Both the position numbers and the translations under genes were made by a program. The notes below the pieces were generated by a model. That model was not told where the DNA came from. It was given only the letters and a program-made list of their open reading frames with translations, and made no database searches. From Octopus sinensis (lineage: Eukaryota), in assembly GCF_006345805.1 (NCBI RefSeq), contig NC_043009.1, forward strand, positions 18,352,001-18,416,000: a DNA stretch of 64,000 nt, given 5' to 3'. Below are positions 1-12,574 of this stretch, piece by piece (the stretch's first letter is position 1; the number at the start of each line of letters is the position of its first letter).

Positions 1-577
1 TAGTATTATGGTGTCTATGCACACGTTTTTATATTTTACATTTTTATATTGATATGTATATGGAAAAAAAAATTTTTTTTCACAATTATAATTTATTAAA
101 TTCTCTGAAGAGGCCGTGGGGCATCCTTGTTAATGTCTCATTTATACCTGCCTTATATGGCTTATAGGTTAAATGAGGCATGATTGCCCTTACTGCCGAA
201 ACAGCTGTCAGATATGATATAATTACATATTATATTTTATATTTTATATTTCTATTTCCTTGTCTAATTATATTTACAATATATTTTGGATAATGCCTTT
301 ACTGTTATGTAATGGTGTAATAAAGTATTGATTGGGTATCATCTGTTGGTTGATGTTTGATTGATTTAAGTATGTTTCTCCATTTTCTAATTTTGTAGAA
401 TTAATTTACGGTAATATTTTTACCTTTGCCCATATAATACAGTAGATGGACTAATTGCTTGGCAATTTTTAACATTTATGTATTAGTCTTGTTGGGTACT
501 TCTCTAGCAGTATATTGGATATATGTTATCCCATGGTGGGTTGAATTTTCAACCCCTATCTCATTTTATAACTAATA
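1..577 (+). mobile_element. Penelope-like pseudo-LTR remnant carrying a hammerhead motif
   Basis: Contains CTGAAGA...GAAACAGCTGTC (105-209). Shares GAAACAGCTGT-AGAT and TTTCTCCATTTTCT with the pLTR-like segment at 59.6-60.0 kb. PLE-associated HHRs are established knowledge. Confidence 0.6.
102..212 (+). ncRNA. Type I hammerhead ribozyme motif with long stem II
   Basis: Stem I TCT/AGA; core CTGAAGA (105-111); stem II GGC/GCC extended by GTCTCATTTA/TAAATGAGGC; GAAAC (198-202); palindromic stem III ACAGCTGT; GTC cleavage triplet (207-209). Confidence 0.7.
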
Positions 578-580
578 TAT

Positions 581-611
<31 letters not shown>

Positions 612-852
612 TAATAAATAAAATAAAACATATGCATATATATAAACATATATGTACTACCTACCTTTACATGTACATATACACGCATATATGAGTACAG
701 GACACCAAAAAGACGTCGAACACAATGAGAAACGAAAATATAGACACAAACCAAAGGAACTGGATTTTTTTTTAAAACAACAAAAAAAAATAGAGTACAG
801 GACAATTAACACAAATAAAAAATCCCTTCTTCAGTCGCTATGGTTTCATATA

Positions 853-896
853 CTCTACGTTTCGAAGGTGAAAGCGAGACGTATCTTCGACAAGAA
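853..896 (-). ncRNA. Degenerate hammerhead-like motif with (C/T)TGTCGA core
   Basis: Minus strand reads TTC-TTGTCGA-A-GA...TC-GAAAC-GTA-GAG, with a 3-bp stem I and weak stem II. Same core variant as 19540-19575. Confidence 0.45.
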
Positions 897-1123
897 ACTT
901 TCCTTCCTGCGAAAAGCAAATCAATTAAAATTCTGAGATCTTTTCGCAGAGGGGTAAAAAATGGTAACAAAACCAGGACAGTAACGACAGTACAAATTAT
1001 AAACAGTAAAAGACAGGACAAGGAAAAATAAGATAAGGAGGGCTGTTAACGCCGAACGAAAAAAAGTATTGCGAACGCGGATTTTTTTATGAACGACGAG
1101 CGGAGCAAAAAGAATTGTCGTCC

Positions 1124-1165
<42 letters not shown>

Positions 1166-1171
<6 letters not shown>

Positions 1172-1379
1172 GCGACAGAAATAACTCCCACATTTGAAAG
1201 GTTGACAAAAAGAAAAAGAAACAACGTTTATGAAAATTAAGTTTACTGTTGTTTAAACACATGGTTACAGTTTTGTTTATTAGTTAAATGATAACATCAT
1301 TGGCACTTGCATAATTGCATAAGTTCATTAGCAACATATAGGTGAAAGTTTAAAATGTGGGAGGTATTTCTGTCACACC

Positions 1380-1382
<3 letters not shown>
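1166..1382. mobile_element. Tc1/mariner-type MITE
   Basis: About 30-bp TIRs (AGGGTGCGACAGAAATAACTCCCACATTT / AAATGTGGGAGGTATTTCTGTCACACCCTG) inserted in a (TA)n tract, no ORF. Confidence 0.85.
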
Positions 1383-1424
<42 letters not shown>

Positions 1425-1480
1425 ATCCAAACAAGAAATCACAAAAAACACATCACGAGGACGTGGAACAAATATAGTAT

Positions 1481-1514
<34 letters not shown>

Positions 1515-1639
1515 ATGGAAATGGCAAGACAACAATATATATATAATAAGAGTCTTTCGCCAATTTTCGCTATAAGTCCTTCATTCTTCTTTTGGATCGG
1601 ATTTGCTCAGAGTTCCAATATCAATTTTCGGCAGAAAAT

Positions 1640-2030
1640 GTGTGATATGATAAAAAGCTTTTCCCTTCTAAACTATAAAAGAGACCACTCTCTCAACATT
1701 TATGGCTAGAGCATACCAATTGCACCTTGACATTTTGAAGAGACAATACACAGTGCAAAGCGTTTCATCGAGCAGAACTCAGGTAATTTGAACTCATTTA
1801 TCGAGTTACTTGCAATTTTGCATCCCCACACTGATGACTACTGCAAAATGCTGCAACGTGGCCAGTAAGCAGATCTGACTGTGAACGCAGTTTTCTCGAT
1901 CTGTGGAGAATCAATGCATAGCTGCTGAATTCTATCATGGACCAGATAATTAATAGGGAACATGCCGAAAACTTTGATTGTTTCTCGCTGAAACGGCAAA
2001 CAACAGAGTTACCTCTGAACCTTTTTACGG
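1640..2030 (+). pseudogene. hAT transposase C-terminal dimerisation-domain remnant
   Basis: Frame from 1838 reads LLQNAATWPVSRSDCERSFLDLWRINA*LLNSIMDQ. This matches the hAT motif T-x-P-V-S-x-A-x-C-E-R-S-F-S-x-L-x-R-I...LRSTM-x-Q. Stops are present. Confidence 0.7.
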
Positions 2031-2265
2031 CTATAACTCATAATAGAGATTACGAGCTTTCATGACTCAGTTTTAAATTATTACAATTTTGCAATTAAAT
2101 TGAGAAATAATTTTGTTTATTACATAAAATATTCATGTTATGGCTTATACACAAAAATGTCAATCCATATTAATTTCTGACCACACTGCACCCGGGGTGG
2201 CAGCAAATACGATAAATACACATTAATAACGTAGTATTCTAGTAAAATACTACTGCTGCTGCTGC

Positions 2266-2268
2266 TAT

Positions 2269-2329
<61 letters not shown>

Positions 2330-2935
2330 TCTTCTTCTTCTTCTTCTTCTTCTTCTTCTTCTTCTTCTACTTCTTCGATTGTCCGTCGTCGGTCGACGTT
2401 GACTGTTTTTGTTTCGTAATCATCGCTGTTATGTTCACATGTGGGTTACAAGACTTGCGCTTGATCTGCAGCTGCGATGACATCAGCAGCAGGTGAAGTG
2501 GCGCCTCTCTTTTGCTCTTTCGTATTCTTTCTGCTGTTTCTCCTGAAGGATGGAATTACGAGATTCAGCGATCAGTGCCATTCATCACGCCGCTTGGTCT
2601 TCTTTACCCAGGTGTCTGGATAGATGCAGTTCTTCATATGTCTCTCCAGCACATCCCTGTATCGCACCTAGTCACCACGGCTCCGCCCACTCTGAAGCAC
2701 TTCCACATAGAAAACTATCCTTGGGTGCTGCTACTCTCTATTCTGCAAACATGTCCCGCCCAACGCAGCTGCAATGTGATAATGAGGGCTTCTACACTTA
2801 CTGCACTAGCGCGGCGCAGGAAATCTACATTACGAATGCGATCTTGCCATCTGAAATACAAGAGGGATCACAGATGACAGAGTTGAATTTGCAACAATGA
2901 CTTTAATTTGCCTGCAGTAGACGGGTATGCATTCC
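2266..2935 (-). mobile_element. RTE-clade LINE 3' fragment with (GAA)n/(TAG)n tail
   Basis: Minus strand reads WQDRIRNVDFLRRASAVSVEALIITLQLRWAGHVCRIE and RYRDVLERHMKNCIYPDTW, typical RTE C-terminal motifs, followed by a simple-repeat tail. Confidence 0.85.
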
Positions 2936-3244
2936 GTGGCAGAGAGGATGCTTTAAACAGTAGGTTCTAAGTTGTAGATATAACAAAAATTCATATAAAG
3001 TAAAAAAATGGTGAAATGAAATTGGAAAATCGAAGAAGTCTGTTTCCTCCTCCTGATGCGGGAACTTGAAAGCCCCCAAAACACAGGTGTAATATGAGAT
3101 AAATAGAAAAGTCATGGTTTCCAGATGTTGACTGTTAAAATTCTCAGAAACATGAAGTTCTCGTCCTTATGCCATCTTAATTCCTCTTTTAGGTATCCTA
3201 ACAAGGATATTGAATCAGAGCACCGACACATGCGGTATTTCTGA

Positions 3245-3672
3245 TTCCCTTTTCCAATTTATTTTTCAATATGTTTCTATTATAGTGAGTGTTTGTAGTA
3301 CTGCAGAGAACGCTACAAAAATAAAGCGGATATACAAGTGCAGTAATACCTACTACACATACCTACTACCATCACAATCACCAATTTTATTAAAATCAAA
3401 AGAAAAAAAAAAGGAATGAAGCATATGAATCAATTCTAGAGAAAATTCCAAAGACTAAAATTAGCAGGACAGAAGCCTCCAAAGCACATACGTACTGTAT
3501 GGAAGTTAGCTATAGATAGGATCAAAGGAGAATGTCTCCCGTTATACACACCGATCGTTGTTAGAGGTTCACGAAATAGGCGATAATGCCTGCCAAAATA
3601 CAAAAAGCTTGAATATATACAAACACTCACGATCCAAATAAATAAATTGAAAAATAAACTGGAAAACAGGAA
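3245..3672. repeat. Inverted repeat pair (about 50-bp arms, 3245-3297 and 3617-3672)
   Basis: TTCCAATTTATTTTTCAAT...GTGAGTGTTTGTA matches the reverse complement of TACAAACACTCAC...ATTGAAAAATAAACTGGAA. Confidence 0.7.
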
Positions 3673-3756
3673 TAATAAATAAACGAAGTTTAAAGCGAAA
3701 TAAAAAAGGGAACACATTAATTACGTTAATCGAAATTAAGGTGTGCATGCGTGCTT

Positions 3757-3834
<78 letters not shown>

Positions 3835-4104
3835 GGAGGGAAAGCGAAAGAGTTTTCGAAGGTATTTTAACAGAAACAACTTTCGTTTGCATGTTTACTT
3901 ACGAACGTTTAATGCATATGTTCACAAATATTTACGCAGTATTATGGATCTATGAATATTCATAACTTTACGACCCATGAAAAGGTTATGAAATGTACTC
4001 TCATTTTAAAATAAAATAAATGCAGAAAATATTTGGTAGGTTTTGTAAGGAAGAAGCCACAGATTTTGATTAGATAGAAGAAAATATCACTCATACATAG
4101 CGAG

Positions 4105-4939
4105 TATGAGGTGGTATCAAAAATGTCCCGGACTAGTTCTGTAGCGCGCCAACAGATGGCAGCACATGGTTTCGTGCGCAGTGAGAGCTAGCAGTAACCT
4201 TCATGAGGCAATATGCCGAGTGACATCGCTGTGTTTACTTCGCAAGTTGTGTAATTTGTGTTTTTGTGATCACATGAATACTGTAGTTTGCGATTTTGTC
4301 ATGGTCAGGAACAACGAGCCAACGTGAAATTTGGCGTTAAACAATGTCTGCTACAGAAACATTGAGCATGCTTCGGCAAGCTTACGGCGACGAGGCAATG
4401 GGTGGAATGCAGTGTTTCTAGTGGTACGGAAGAAATGTCCCTGGAAGATGATTCGCAATCTGGAAGACGTGCCACAAGCGCCACCCCGGGAAATGTGGTA
4501 TTGTGCACCGAGGACCAGACCATCAATCGAGAGTTCTACTGCGACATTTTGAAGCGTTTGAGGGAGGACATTCAGCGACAGCGACCGGATCTATGGAGTG
4601 CGAAGAATTGGATTCTTCATCGATATTTTCTTATTTCTCGTTAGTTTCTCGCCAAAAATAACATAGTATCACTTCCGCACCCGCCCTTTTCGCCAGGTTT
4701 CCATTTCTTCTCCAAGATGAAAATGCAGCTCAAAGGTCACCGTTTTAACACCATTGTCGAGATCCAGAGCGAATCGCTGAAGGTCCCCGACTCGCTCACG
4801 GAAAACGAATTCCAGGCCGGATTCCAAAAGTGGCAGGAACGCTGGGACCGATGTATTGCTGCTCTGGATGACTGTTTCGAAGGAGATGATGTTAAAACTT
4901 AGGTAAATAAGTTATTTTTTATTAAACATAACTAGTCCG
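4105..4939 (+). mobile_element. Mariner element, internally deleted, transposase pseudogene
   Basis: Left TIR TATGAGGTGGTATCAAAAATGTCCCGGACTAG and partial right TIR ACTAGTCCG. Fragments QRANVKF, SLEDDSQSGRR, TINREFYCDILKRLREDIQRQRPDLW, LPHPPFSP and KMQLKGHRF...FQKWQERWDRCI...FEGD. Confidence 0.92.
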
Positions 4940-5834
4940 TTAGATAGATAACGTATACATACGGTGAGTGGATACCTAGAAACAGAATAGACGCAGGGAA
5001 GTTGATTCAGTAGTTCTGAAGATGTTACTTTGGTAAAGCAGTTCCTCGGCCTTATCTTTTATCTGTATACTATTGTACATGTAGGAATTTAGCTGGTTTT
5101 GAATTTCAAAATCTTATTTTTTATAATTCATAAATCGACACAGAAAAAGTAACAGTAGAGAGTTGTATGTACAGCATTACAGAATTTAGTTTCAGACCTC
5201 TAAAATATGAGTTCAAACTCCGCTGGTGTCATTATTGCAGGATCGATAATATTGGCTGTGATTCAGTCGATTATACAGAAGAATGATAAATTGAAAACTT
5301 GATATCTTGATATGCCACAAACATTTCTGGCTCCTTTCTCTCGAAATATTGCGATAAAGATGATTTTGAAAAATCTTTGCTTTTTGTCCACCGCGTCAGT
5401 AGTCAACTTCCTGCTCTGAACCAAACATGTTCACTTGAATGTTAAAATTCCAAATGACTTTGATCCTCTTCAACACAAACGCTTTTTATATATTTTCTCA
5501 GTACTTGTCCAGGCAATCTTGTCCAGTCGATGTCACTTTATCAGGTTTTCTTTTATCTGAACCAGTATACTGTATTCGTCAAGGAAAGGTCCTTCTCTTT
5601 CATACTTTCCGTTACATATTTTACATAATAGCGATACAGTGATCACAGTTATATCGAACATAATTTATTTTCAGAGCCCAAACCAGAAACCAGGATTTAA
5701 CTCCAATTCTGTGGGCATGTAATATAGATACTTCACAACTCTCTTCCTCGCTTTCAAAATATAAATGAAAGGCGTATTTAGAATACGCAGTCTCCAATGA
5801 CATAAAAAGTGTGATTACTTAAGTCATGGATTTG

Positions 5835-5960
5835 TAGGTAGGAAGTTCATTTCGCAACAGTTTGGTGTGGGTCTGATCCCTATGTGCAGCACCTTGGGCA
5901 AGTGTGTTCGGCTATAGCACAAGACTGACAATAATTGTGAGCAGAAATGATTAAATGGAA
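5835..5960 (+). mobile_element. tRNA-derived SINE family A, degenerate 5' fragment
   Basis: GCACCTTGGGCAAGTGT...CTATAGC matches the full copy at 50380-50775. Confidence 0.65.
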
Positions 5961-6628
5961 ACTATGCAGAAATCCAAGGCGTAAATGCACATACCCACAT
6001 ACATGCATGCAATCACTCATACAAAACACACTTGTTATATAGACACACACACGCGCGCACACCCGCACATACACATACACACACAGGATTTAAACGCGAG
6101 TTGCTATAAGTTTCATACCTTTGATAATATACTGTTCGGATGAGCTTGCATAGCGTGCCGTCTATTTTCAGACAATCATGCAGTCTCAAAATACATCCTG
6201 ACTACTCTCTGAGAAAAAGGGAGAAAGGACAACAGGAAAAAGCGAATGAGAAAAAAAAGGAACGGGAAGAGAGAACTATGGAGGAAGAGTTGCGTCTCTT
6301 TAGTCAGTTAGAATGGGAATTAATACGGTTGGTGTAATTAATTCAACGAAGAAAAGGTTAAGGTTTGTGGGACTGCATGCATAATCTGAAGAGGGTGGTG
6401 TTTTCCAGTTTAATAGAAACTTCTCCACACGCTTACATTCAGGGAAAATCTCGGATCTGGAATTCTCTGTATCGACAGAGCTCTTAGATTTAAAACGGAT
6501 ATGAGGTCTTTCGGCTTTACAAAGCCTGCCCCCCACCCTGATCGTATGGAGTAGATCGTTCTATAATGCACCACTTGATGGTATATGGTGTAATGTTGGC
6601 AGATCCCAGGTATGGCAACCTAACTCAA

Positions 6629-6910
6629 TGGTTTTCTTGTTATCTGCGTGTCAGAAAGAAGTCTAGTGGTTGTCTCTGTTTTTTTAAAGCCACTTTTGCA
6701 CATACCAAAATACCTTTTTCCAGTTTCGTTATTTGGTAAAACTGAGGGTATCTTAGCTTCGTAAACTACTGAGCTAACCATGCATGCCTGGTCGAGTGGG
6801 TAAGTGTTTGAGTTTCTACAGTTACATTTTAGAATAGGCGCCAGAAATTAGCTTTAAAAAAAGACTTGCCAACAACTAGTCTTCTTTCTGACACGTAGAT
6901 AAGAAAACCA
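6629..6910. repeat. Fold-back unit (arms 6629-6690 and 6851-6910)
   Basis: TGGTTTTCTTGTTATCTGCGTGTCAGAAAGAAGTCTAGTGGTTG versus CAACAACTAGTCTTCTTTCTGACACGTAGATAAGAAAACCA, plus TTTTTTTAAAGC/GCTTTAAAAAAA. Confidence 0.85.
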
Positions 6911-7796
6911 CTCAGCCAGTCATGCCTTGAGCAACACTATGTTTCATCTAGAATGTTCGATAAAAAAGGTACCAAACACTCAATGACCGTTTACATCTTT
7001 CACTACTGGGGGAAAATAAATGTGGCTTCTATGCTAAAGTTATAAATTAATAGAAATGATTATAAATGAGTCAACTAGTTTCACTTCATGAGGATATAAT
7101 CATCTGTCGCTGAGTCCTTACTCTAACTAGTCAGATATACTTCATTAGTAAACACTTGAGAACATTGCTAATTGAGTACCAAACAATGATTTTGTGTATA
7201 GGAAAATAGGAAAGAACGACTTGCGTTGATAAGTATTTCAATTATAAGTGGCTAAATTGGTGCTTTTAATGTCTCTTCTGACAATAATAGATGTCTCTGT
7301 ATTTGCGTGTGTCTTTGTGTATGTTTAAAGATACATTAGTAGACGCATGTATACACCGACGCAAGTGCACACGCACACGCGCATTCATAAAAACACACAC
7401 GCATGCGCGCTAGTACTTATATAGTCAGTTGAAGTAGTCTGTCTACATATTTAGCCATAATGGGTGAAAAAATGTCTCACGAACTACTGGAAGTAACAGC
7501 TAAATATATTTCGAGAAATACCGTATCGTCTTAAAAGAGACAGACATGTTAGATAATGAATTCTTAGAAATTCTAACATAAAGGGACAGTTACAGTTGGA
7601 TTGCCTTTGACAATACGTCTCCTAGATCTAGGTTAACCTAGAAATAAACAACAATTTGTTGAGACATATTTAATATCCCTAACAAATCACCCAATGAACA
7701 CACGCACATACATTTATATACGTATAAATGTATCTCTGTATGTGTGTGAGTGTGTTGATGAACATGTATGTATGTATGTATGTATGTATGTATGTA

Positions 7797-7930
7797 TAGT
7801 GAAGCTCCAGTTCGAGAATTCTGGAGTTGTGGGAAGCATGGAGTCACCCTTGAATTATTGTTATTACCAAGTCCGTTCTGACCGGGCACAATACTACCAA
7901 TCAGGGTCCCATCTGTGGGTTAAATAGATT
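7797..7930 (+). mobile_element. Interspersed repeat (SINE-like family C) fragment
   Basis: AGGGTCCCATCTGTGGGTTAAATAG matches the reverse-strand copy near 62270-62400 (AGGGTCCCAGCTATGGGTTAACTAG). Confidence 0.55.
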
Positions 7931-9539
7931 TCCCAGGGATAGAGAAGGCTTCTTTTATTTTCGTCAAAGCTGTGGGGGAGTCACCTTTTCTAGGAGAAAG
8001 ATATAAACTTGCAGTCAAAATAGTATAAGCCATTTTGCAATGCTTGTCACTGGAACCTACTATGGTAACCGAGCGCGTGGCAAAAGCGTCCTACAAAATT
8101 GCGCTCATGAAGTAAATTAGGACAATCAGGCTGAGTGTGAGACGGCTATCATCTGACGCAATGGGGTAATCCTGATATGTATGTATGTGTACATATGTAT
8201 ATACCTTTCCATCTATCTATTTACTTATCTCTATAGAGAGAGAGAGAGAGAGAGAGTGTGTGTGTGTGTGTGTGCGTAAGAGAGAAGGAGAGGGAAAGAG
8301 AGAGAGAGAAAGTGACCTCAATGTAAGTGTTGTAAAATAAATAAAATGGTATTGTGAGTATCATGATTATTTCATATATATATATGTATAAAAAATATAT
8401 ATAAAAATTACAAAAGGGGACAAGAACGCAAACCACAAAAAGAGACGACACAAAAAAAAAAACAGACGGGTCATTCGAAGCCTCTAATCTTCAGTCGGGA
8501 ACCGGATCATCTTAGCAATTTCGGCTGATTAATATACATGTACGTATGTGTGTTAATAAATGAATGACGAAAGGACAGGATATACGTAATCATTTTCTTT
8601 AACTTTCAACTGGTTCTGCTCTAAGAAAACGGGCATCCTGAAATGAGCGCTGGTGCGACACTCTATAGCTTCCGCAGAGCTCACTTTATTGAAATGGCTT
8701 AGAAAGTTACAAAATATCGCACTGCACTCAGCTTTGGAGGAACGGCTCCTAATAGAAGATATCTAAGCTGACGAAAGTGATTATGCATTTCTCCTAAATA
8801 CTAATTCTTATAAACCATGACAAGATTAGCCACAGAAATCTAACATAGGATAAAAAGGAAATAAATAGCTAAAAAATAACAAAGTTGAGCCTTTGGGGAT
8901 GGATGGATGGATCCAAAAATATTGATAGAGTCTAAAAATAAAATCAGAAAACAAATGAAAACACATCTGAACATATATTACGATATAGGATCGTAACATC
9001 AATGTCATAAAACATAAAAATATAAGGGAAAGAATATATTCACAGACCACAGAGGAGGAGTAAATAATTACAATTGAAAATGCCTATTCATCTTGATATT
9101 AATTACTATTGGAACAAATTGATATACATCTAGAACCTGGATCAACGTGAGACTGAACTTGAATTATTAAGGAAAGAAAGTTGCTCCATAATTTATACTT
9201 TATATATAATCAGCATAAGAGGGCCATCAAAAAAAATATTTTTTAAACAACCTTTCAACCATAGAGGTGGCTGGTAAAAATATGAATACAAAATACAGAA
9301 TTCATGGATGTGTGATAAATGTATTATAATAGCTCACCGATCAAAGATGTAGAAGCAAAAATAAAATAAATAGATATTATTCATTCTTATGTTATAGGTT
9401 TTGTTATCACCGAAAAGAACAATTCTGGTTGAAACTACTTTACCACAGACCACACCCTAATGTTACGTTAAAATTATTAGGGTGTAATTTGCAAGTTCCC
9501 TTTTGGTCCCTGCTATATAGATTCGAGAAGACTTACATG

Positions 9540-11520
9540 CACTGAAGTCCCTAGTGCTTCTTTCATCCAACTCAATCCTGTCTCATACAAAATTCTCCCA
9601 CGAGTTTGGGTTCGTGTTGCAAGCCTTTTAAAACTGCTTCCAATGCTTCTTGAAGTTTTTACAAGGCTCACCAACACTTCACCCCCTGTTCACAAGCTTA
9701 GATCCTTTTTCGTTGTTCGATTGAGAAATTTTGACCACATATGTAGTTCAATGCAACTGGATTTTCTTCAGCTTAGCAGACACACTGATTGCAGTGGCAC
9801 GTCTGAGAATGTCTCTATTGAGATTCTGTCACTTTAGTATCGATGCAGCGTACTTCTAAACAATTCAAAATTGTCCACATGTTTCAGTTCAGCATATTTT
9901 AATTCCAGTACATACTTTTATTTCAGCATACTTTATATCCAGTGCATGTGCAGGAACAGACTGATGGAGGACTAATGTTTTTGCAGTGCTGATAGTGAGG
10001 CCAAAGTTGCAGGTCTTTAATAATTGAGCAAAACATACTTGCATATGCAAGCTATCCACTATCATATGTAAACAACAGTTCACAGAGGTTTGCTTAACTT
10101 TGGTTTTTACTTGCAATCTGCGAAAACAGAACAACTTATCATCATATATGTGCCTAATGTCAATTGCAAGTGTAGGTGAGATGTTCTAAAGACAGAAAAT
10201 ATGCTAATGGAAAGTGTAGATGCTCAGGCAGAAACCGGTTTCATAACATTTGTGACTGAAAAAGGTACATGTATGTCTCCGCTGCTCCGAACACTCACCA
10301 GCATGCCATCACAGGATTGGAGCATCATACACACGTATCATCTTTTACTAGGATCCTCCATAAACCACTACCACCACCACAACTTAAAATGTCCATGAGA
10401 TTAACAAAGGTTATAGAGGGCCTGAGCTCAATTCAAAGATCATATCCGTAATATTGTTTTTTGCAACGGAAGTCACTTTCTGGCAGAAATTCTTCGTTGT
10501 AAGATAATGAAGTAATTCAGGAATATTCTTGCGAAAATTTTGCTGGTGATTAATGCGATTAAATTACCTTTAAGACAGTTACATGACTGCCATCTCTGTT
10601 TATGTAGAGTTGAGCATTTTTGAATTGTTGGGAAATGGAGGCTGATGACCAAATCAGGAAAAGTAAGTCAGGTTGATAACGAGTGTTTCACCACTATAGG
10701 AACTGATTCTGTACATGGTCCTTTATTAAAAGACAATAACTTTATAGCTTTACTGATTTCAAGAAAAGTAATCCAAGAGCTATGTTGGTGATAATCGGCA
10801 TCCAATTATCAGAAGATTCTATATTTATGTTGAATGTTTTCTTCAGAACATTCAGAAAGCGCTCAGCTAACCATTAAATATTACTTTTTTGTGATTTATC
10901 CGCTGCAAGAATTGGGAAACGAACTGGAGCGTAGATTGCAGAAAGCTTTCAAGAACATTTGTGCAATATTTGTATCAGCATAGATTTGTTTGTTTCTTCT
11001 AAACCATTTCTTCAAGCCAGTTGCTTTTCATGAAACAGAGCATCAGCTTTCGATTGTGAGTTGGGATCAATGCTGTCAGTTTTAGTTCATTTTTCTTTTG
11101 AAGAAGTCTTCGGTTTGTATTGCTATTTTCATCAAACCAGTTCCGGCGGCGTCTATATGAATGGGAAAGTATGTCAGCAGCAGAAGTATAAAGTTGCTCC
11201 CTGTGTGATCAGTAACAGAATTAGTTTTTGAGACATAATTTCAGAGAAGGCTCTACGAAATGTTGATGATCTAAAATACTCCAACTCTCTTGGTGGTAGT
11301 TCATCCTAAATTTCACCTTTCTTTTAATTATAATGAGCTTATGACTGCAGTCATTTCCACACATGGATTATCTTTATCTTCTGCGGACAAAACATGTTCG
11401 TTTCGACTTTTAATATTCCAGGCGGAAAGACTGTTTCGAGAAATGAAGCTATGTAGGTAGTGGTGAAGTTCGGATGTAATATAAATGCTGCCAGGTTAAT
11501 ATACAGAAGCAGTCGGATTT
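9540..11520 (-). mobile_element. RTE (BovB-like) LINE, heavily decayed endonuclease/RT region
   Basis: Minus-strand fragments RRLQVKTKVK and CNFGLTISTAKTLVLHQ (ORF 9889-10134) are RTE RT motifs. Many stops and frameshifts; ends approximate. Confidence 0.75.
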
Positions 11521-12574
11521 TTATGTAGCAAAAAAGTTCTCAACTGGAAAGTAAATTTGTGAGGAGTATGTAGAGAGGCACTCGGACGCCACAAAGCACA
11601 TCTTGACTCGTCTAAACGAAGTATTCTTCAGTGAAAGAGATCAAAGAATAAGTCGAAATTAAACAGGTCTCTTCAACCACACACACACAGGCACACACAG
11701 AGACAGACACACACACACATTATATAATTCTCAAGTAAATCATAACTCAAAAAGGGCTCAATATATTGTAAATGTAGAGTGTATATTCTTTAATAAGGGA
11801 AAAAATAACTTGACGTAACTGATCCAATATATACATCGCAAAAAATAAAAAAATTGCCGATTCAAATATTTAAACCCAAGTCAAAGTAAAGAAGGAAAAA
11901 AGAGAAGGGGTCATAAAAATAAATAAATAAAATAAAATAAAATACTCTGAAAAAGAAAGGTGAAATTTTTTTATAAAGTAATATAGGACTGAATAATTGA
12001 ATATCACCCCAAAGTACATCTCTCAGTCACCCACATTTGTTTGTGTAGAGTAGGTGAATGATGAGGAAACAATACTGTTATTGTTTTACATTCCACTCAC
12101 TTGCAGAATACACGAAATGAAATGTACTGTTTCACTTCCTCAAAAATTGAAATGCTCTTATTTCATTTTCCTTTTTTTTTTGTTTTTATGAATATGTAAT
12201 AACAAATTCAAACGAAATATATTTAAATATTCTCAGTTAAATAGCAAGAAACCCTAAAAGCATGTTCATGTGACATTTTATATAGTACTACTTTGAATTT
12301 GTTTAAAATATGAATCCGTCAATCTCCATGCAGAAAACATATAATTAATACTTATATTTCAGGTCACCATTTGAATTGAAAACTTTTTAAGAAAGTGAAT
12401 AAGCATAGCACTAAAACTTTCACATCTCCCATTACTTACACTGTCAAAAGTAACGAGTACTATACTCTCTCTTTATCAAATAAACATTGCTTCGCTCGGA
12501 TATCCCGCAACAGAAGAAAACTCGTGCATTGCTCGTATTTTACCTTCTGGATTATTCTACCACAGGACTTTACA

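Noticed and set aside
823-865. Type II hammerhead (GAAACGTA ... CTGAAGA on the minus strand)
   Set aside because: No stem I can form between GTA and CTGAAGA, and stem II is not in register.
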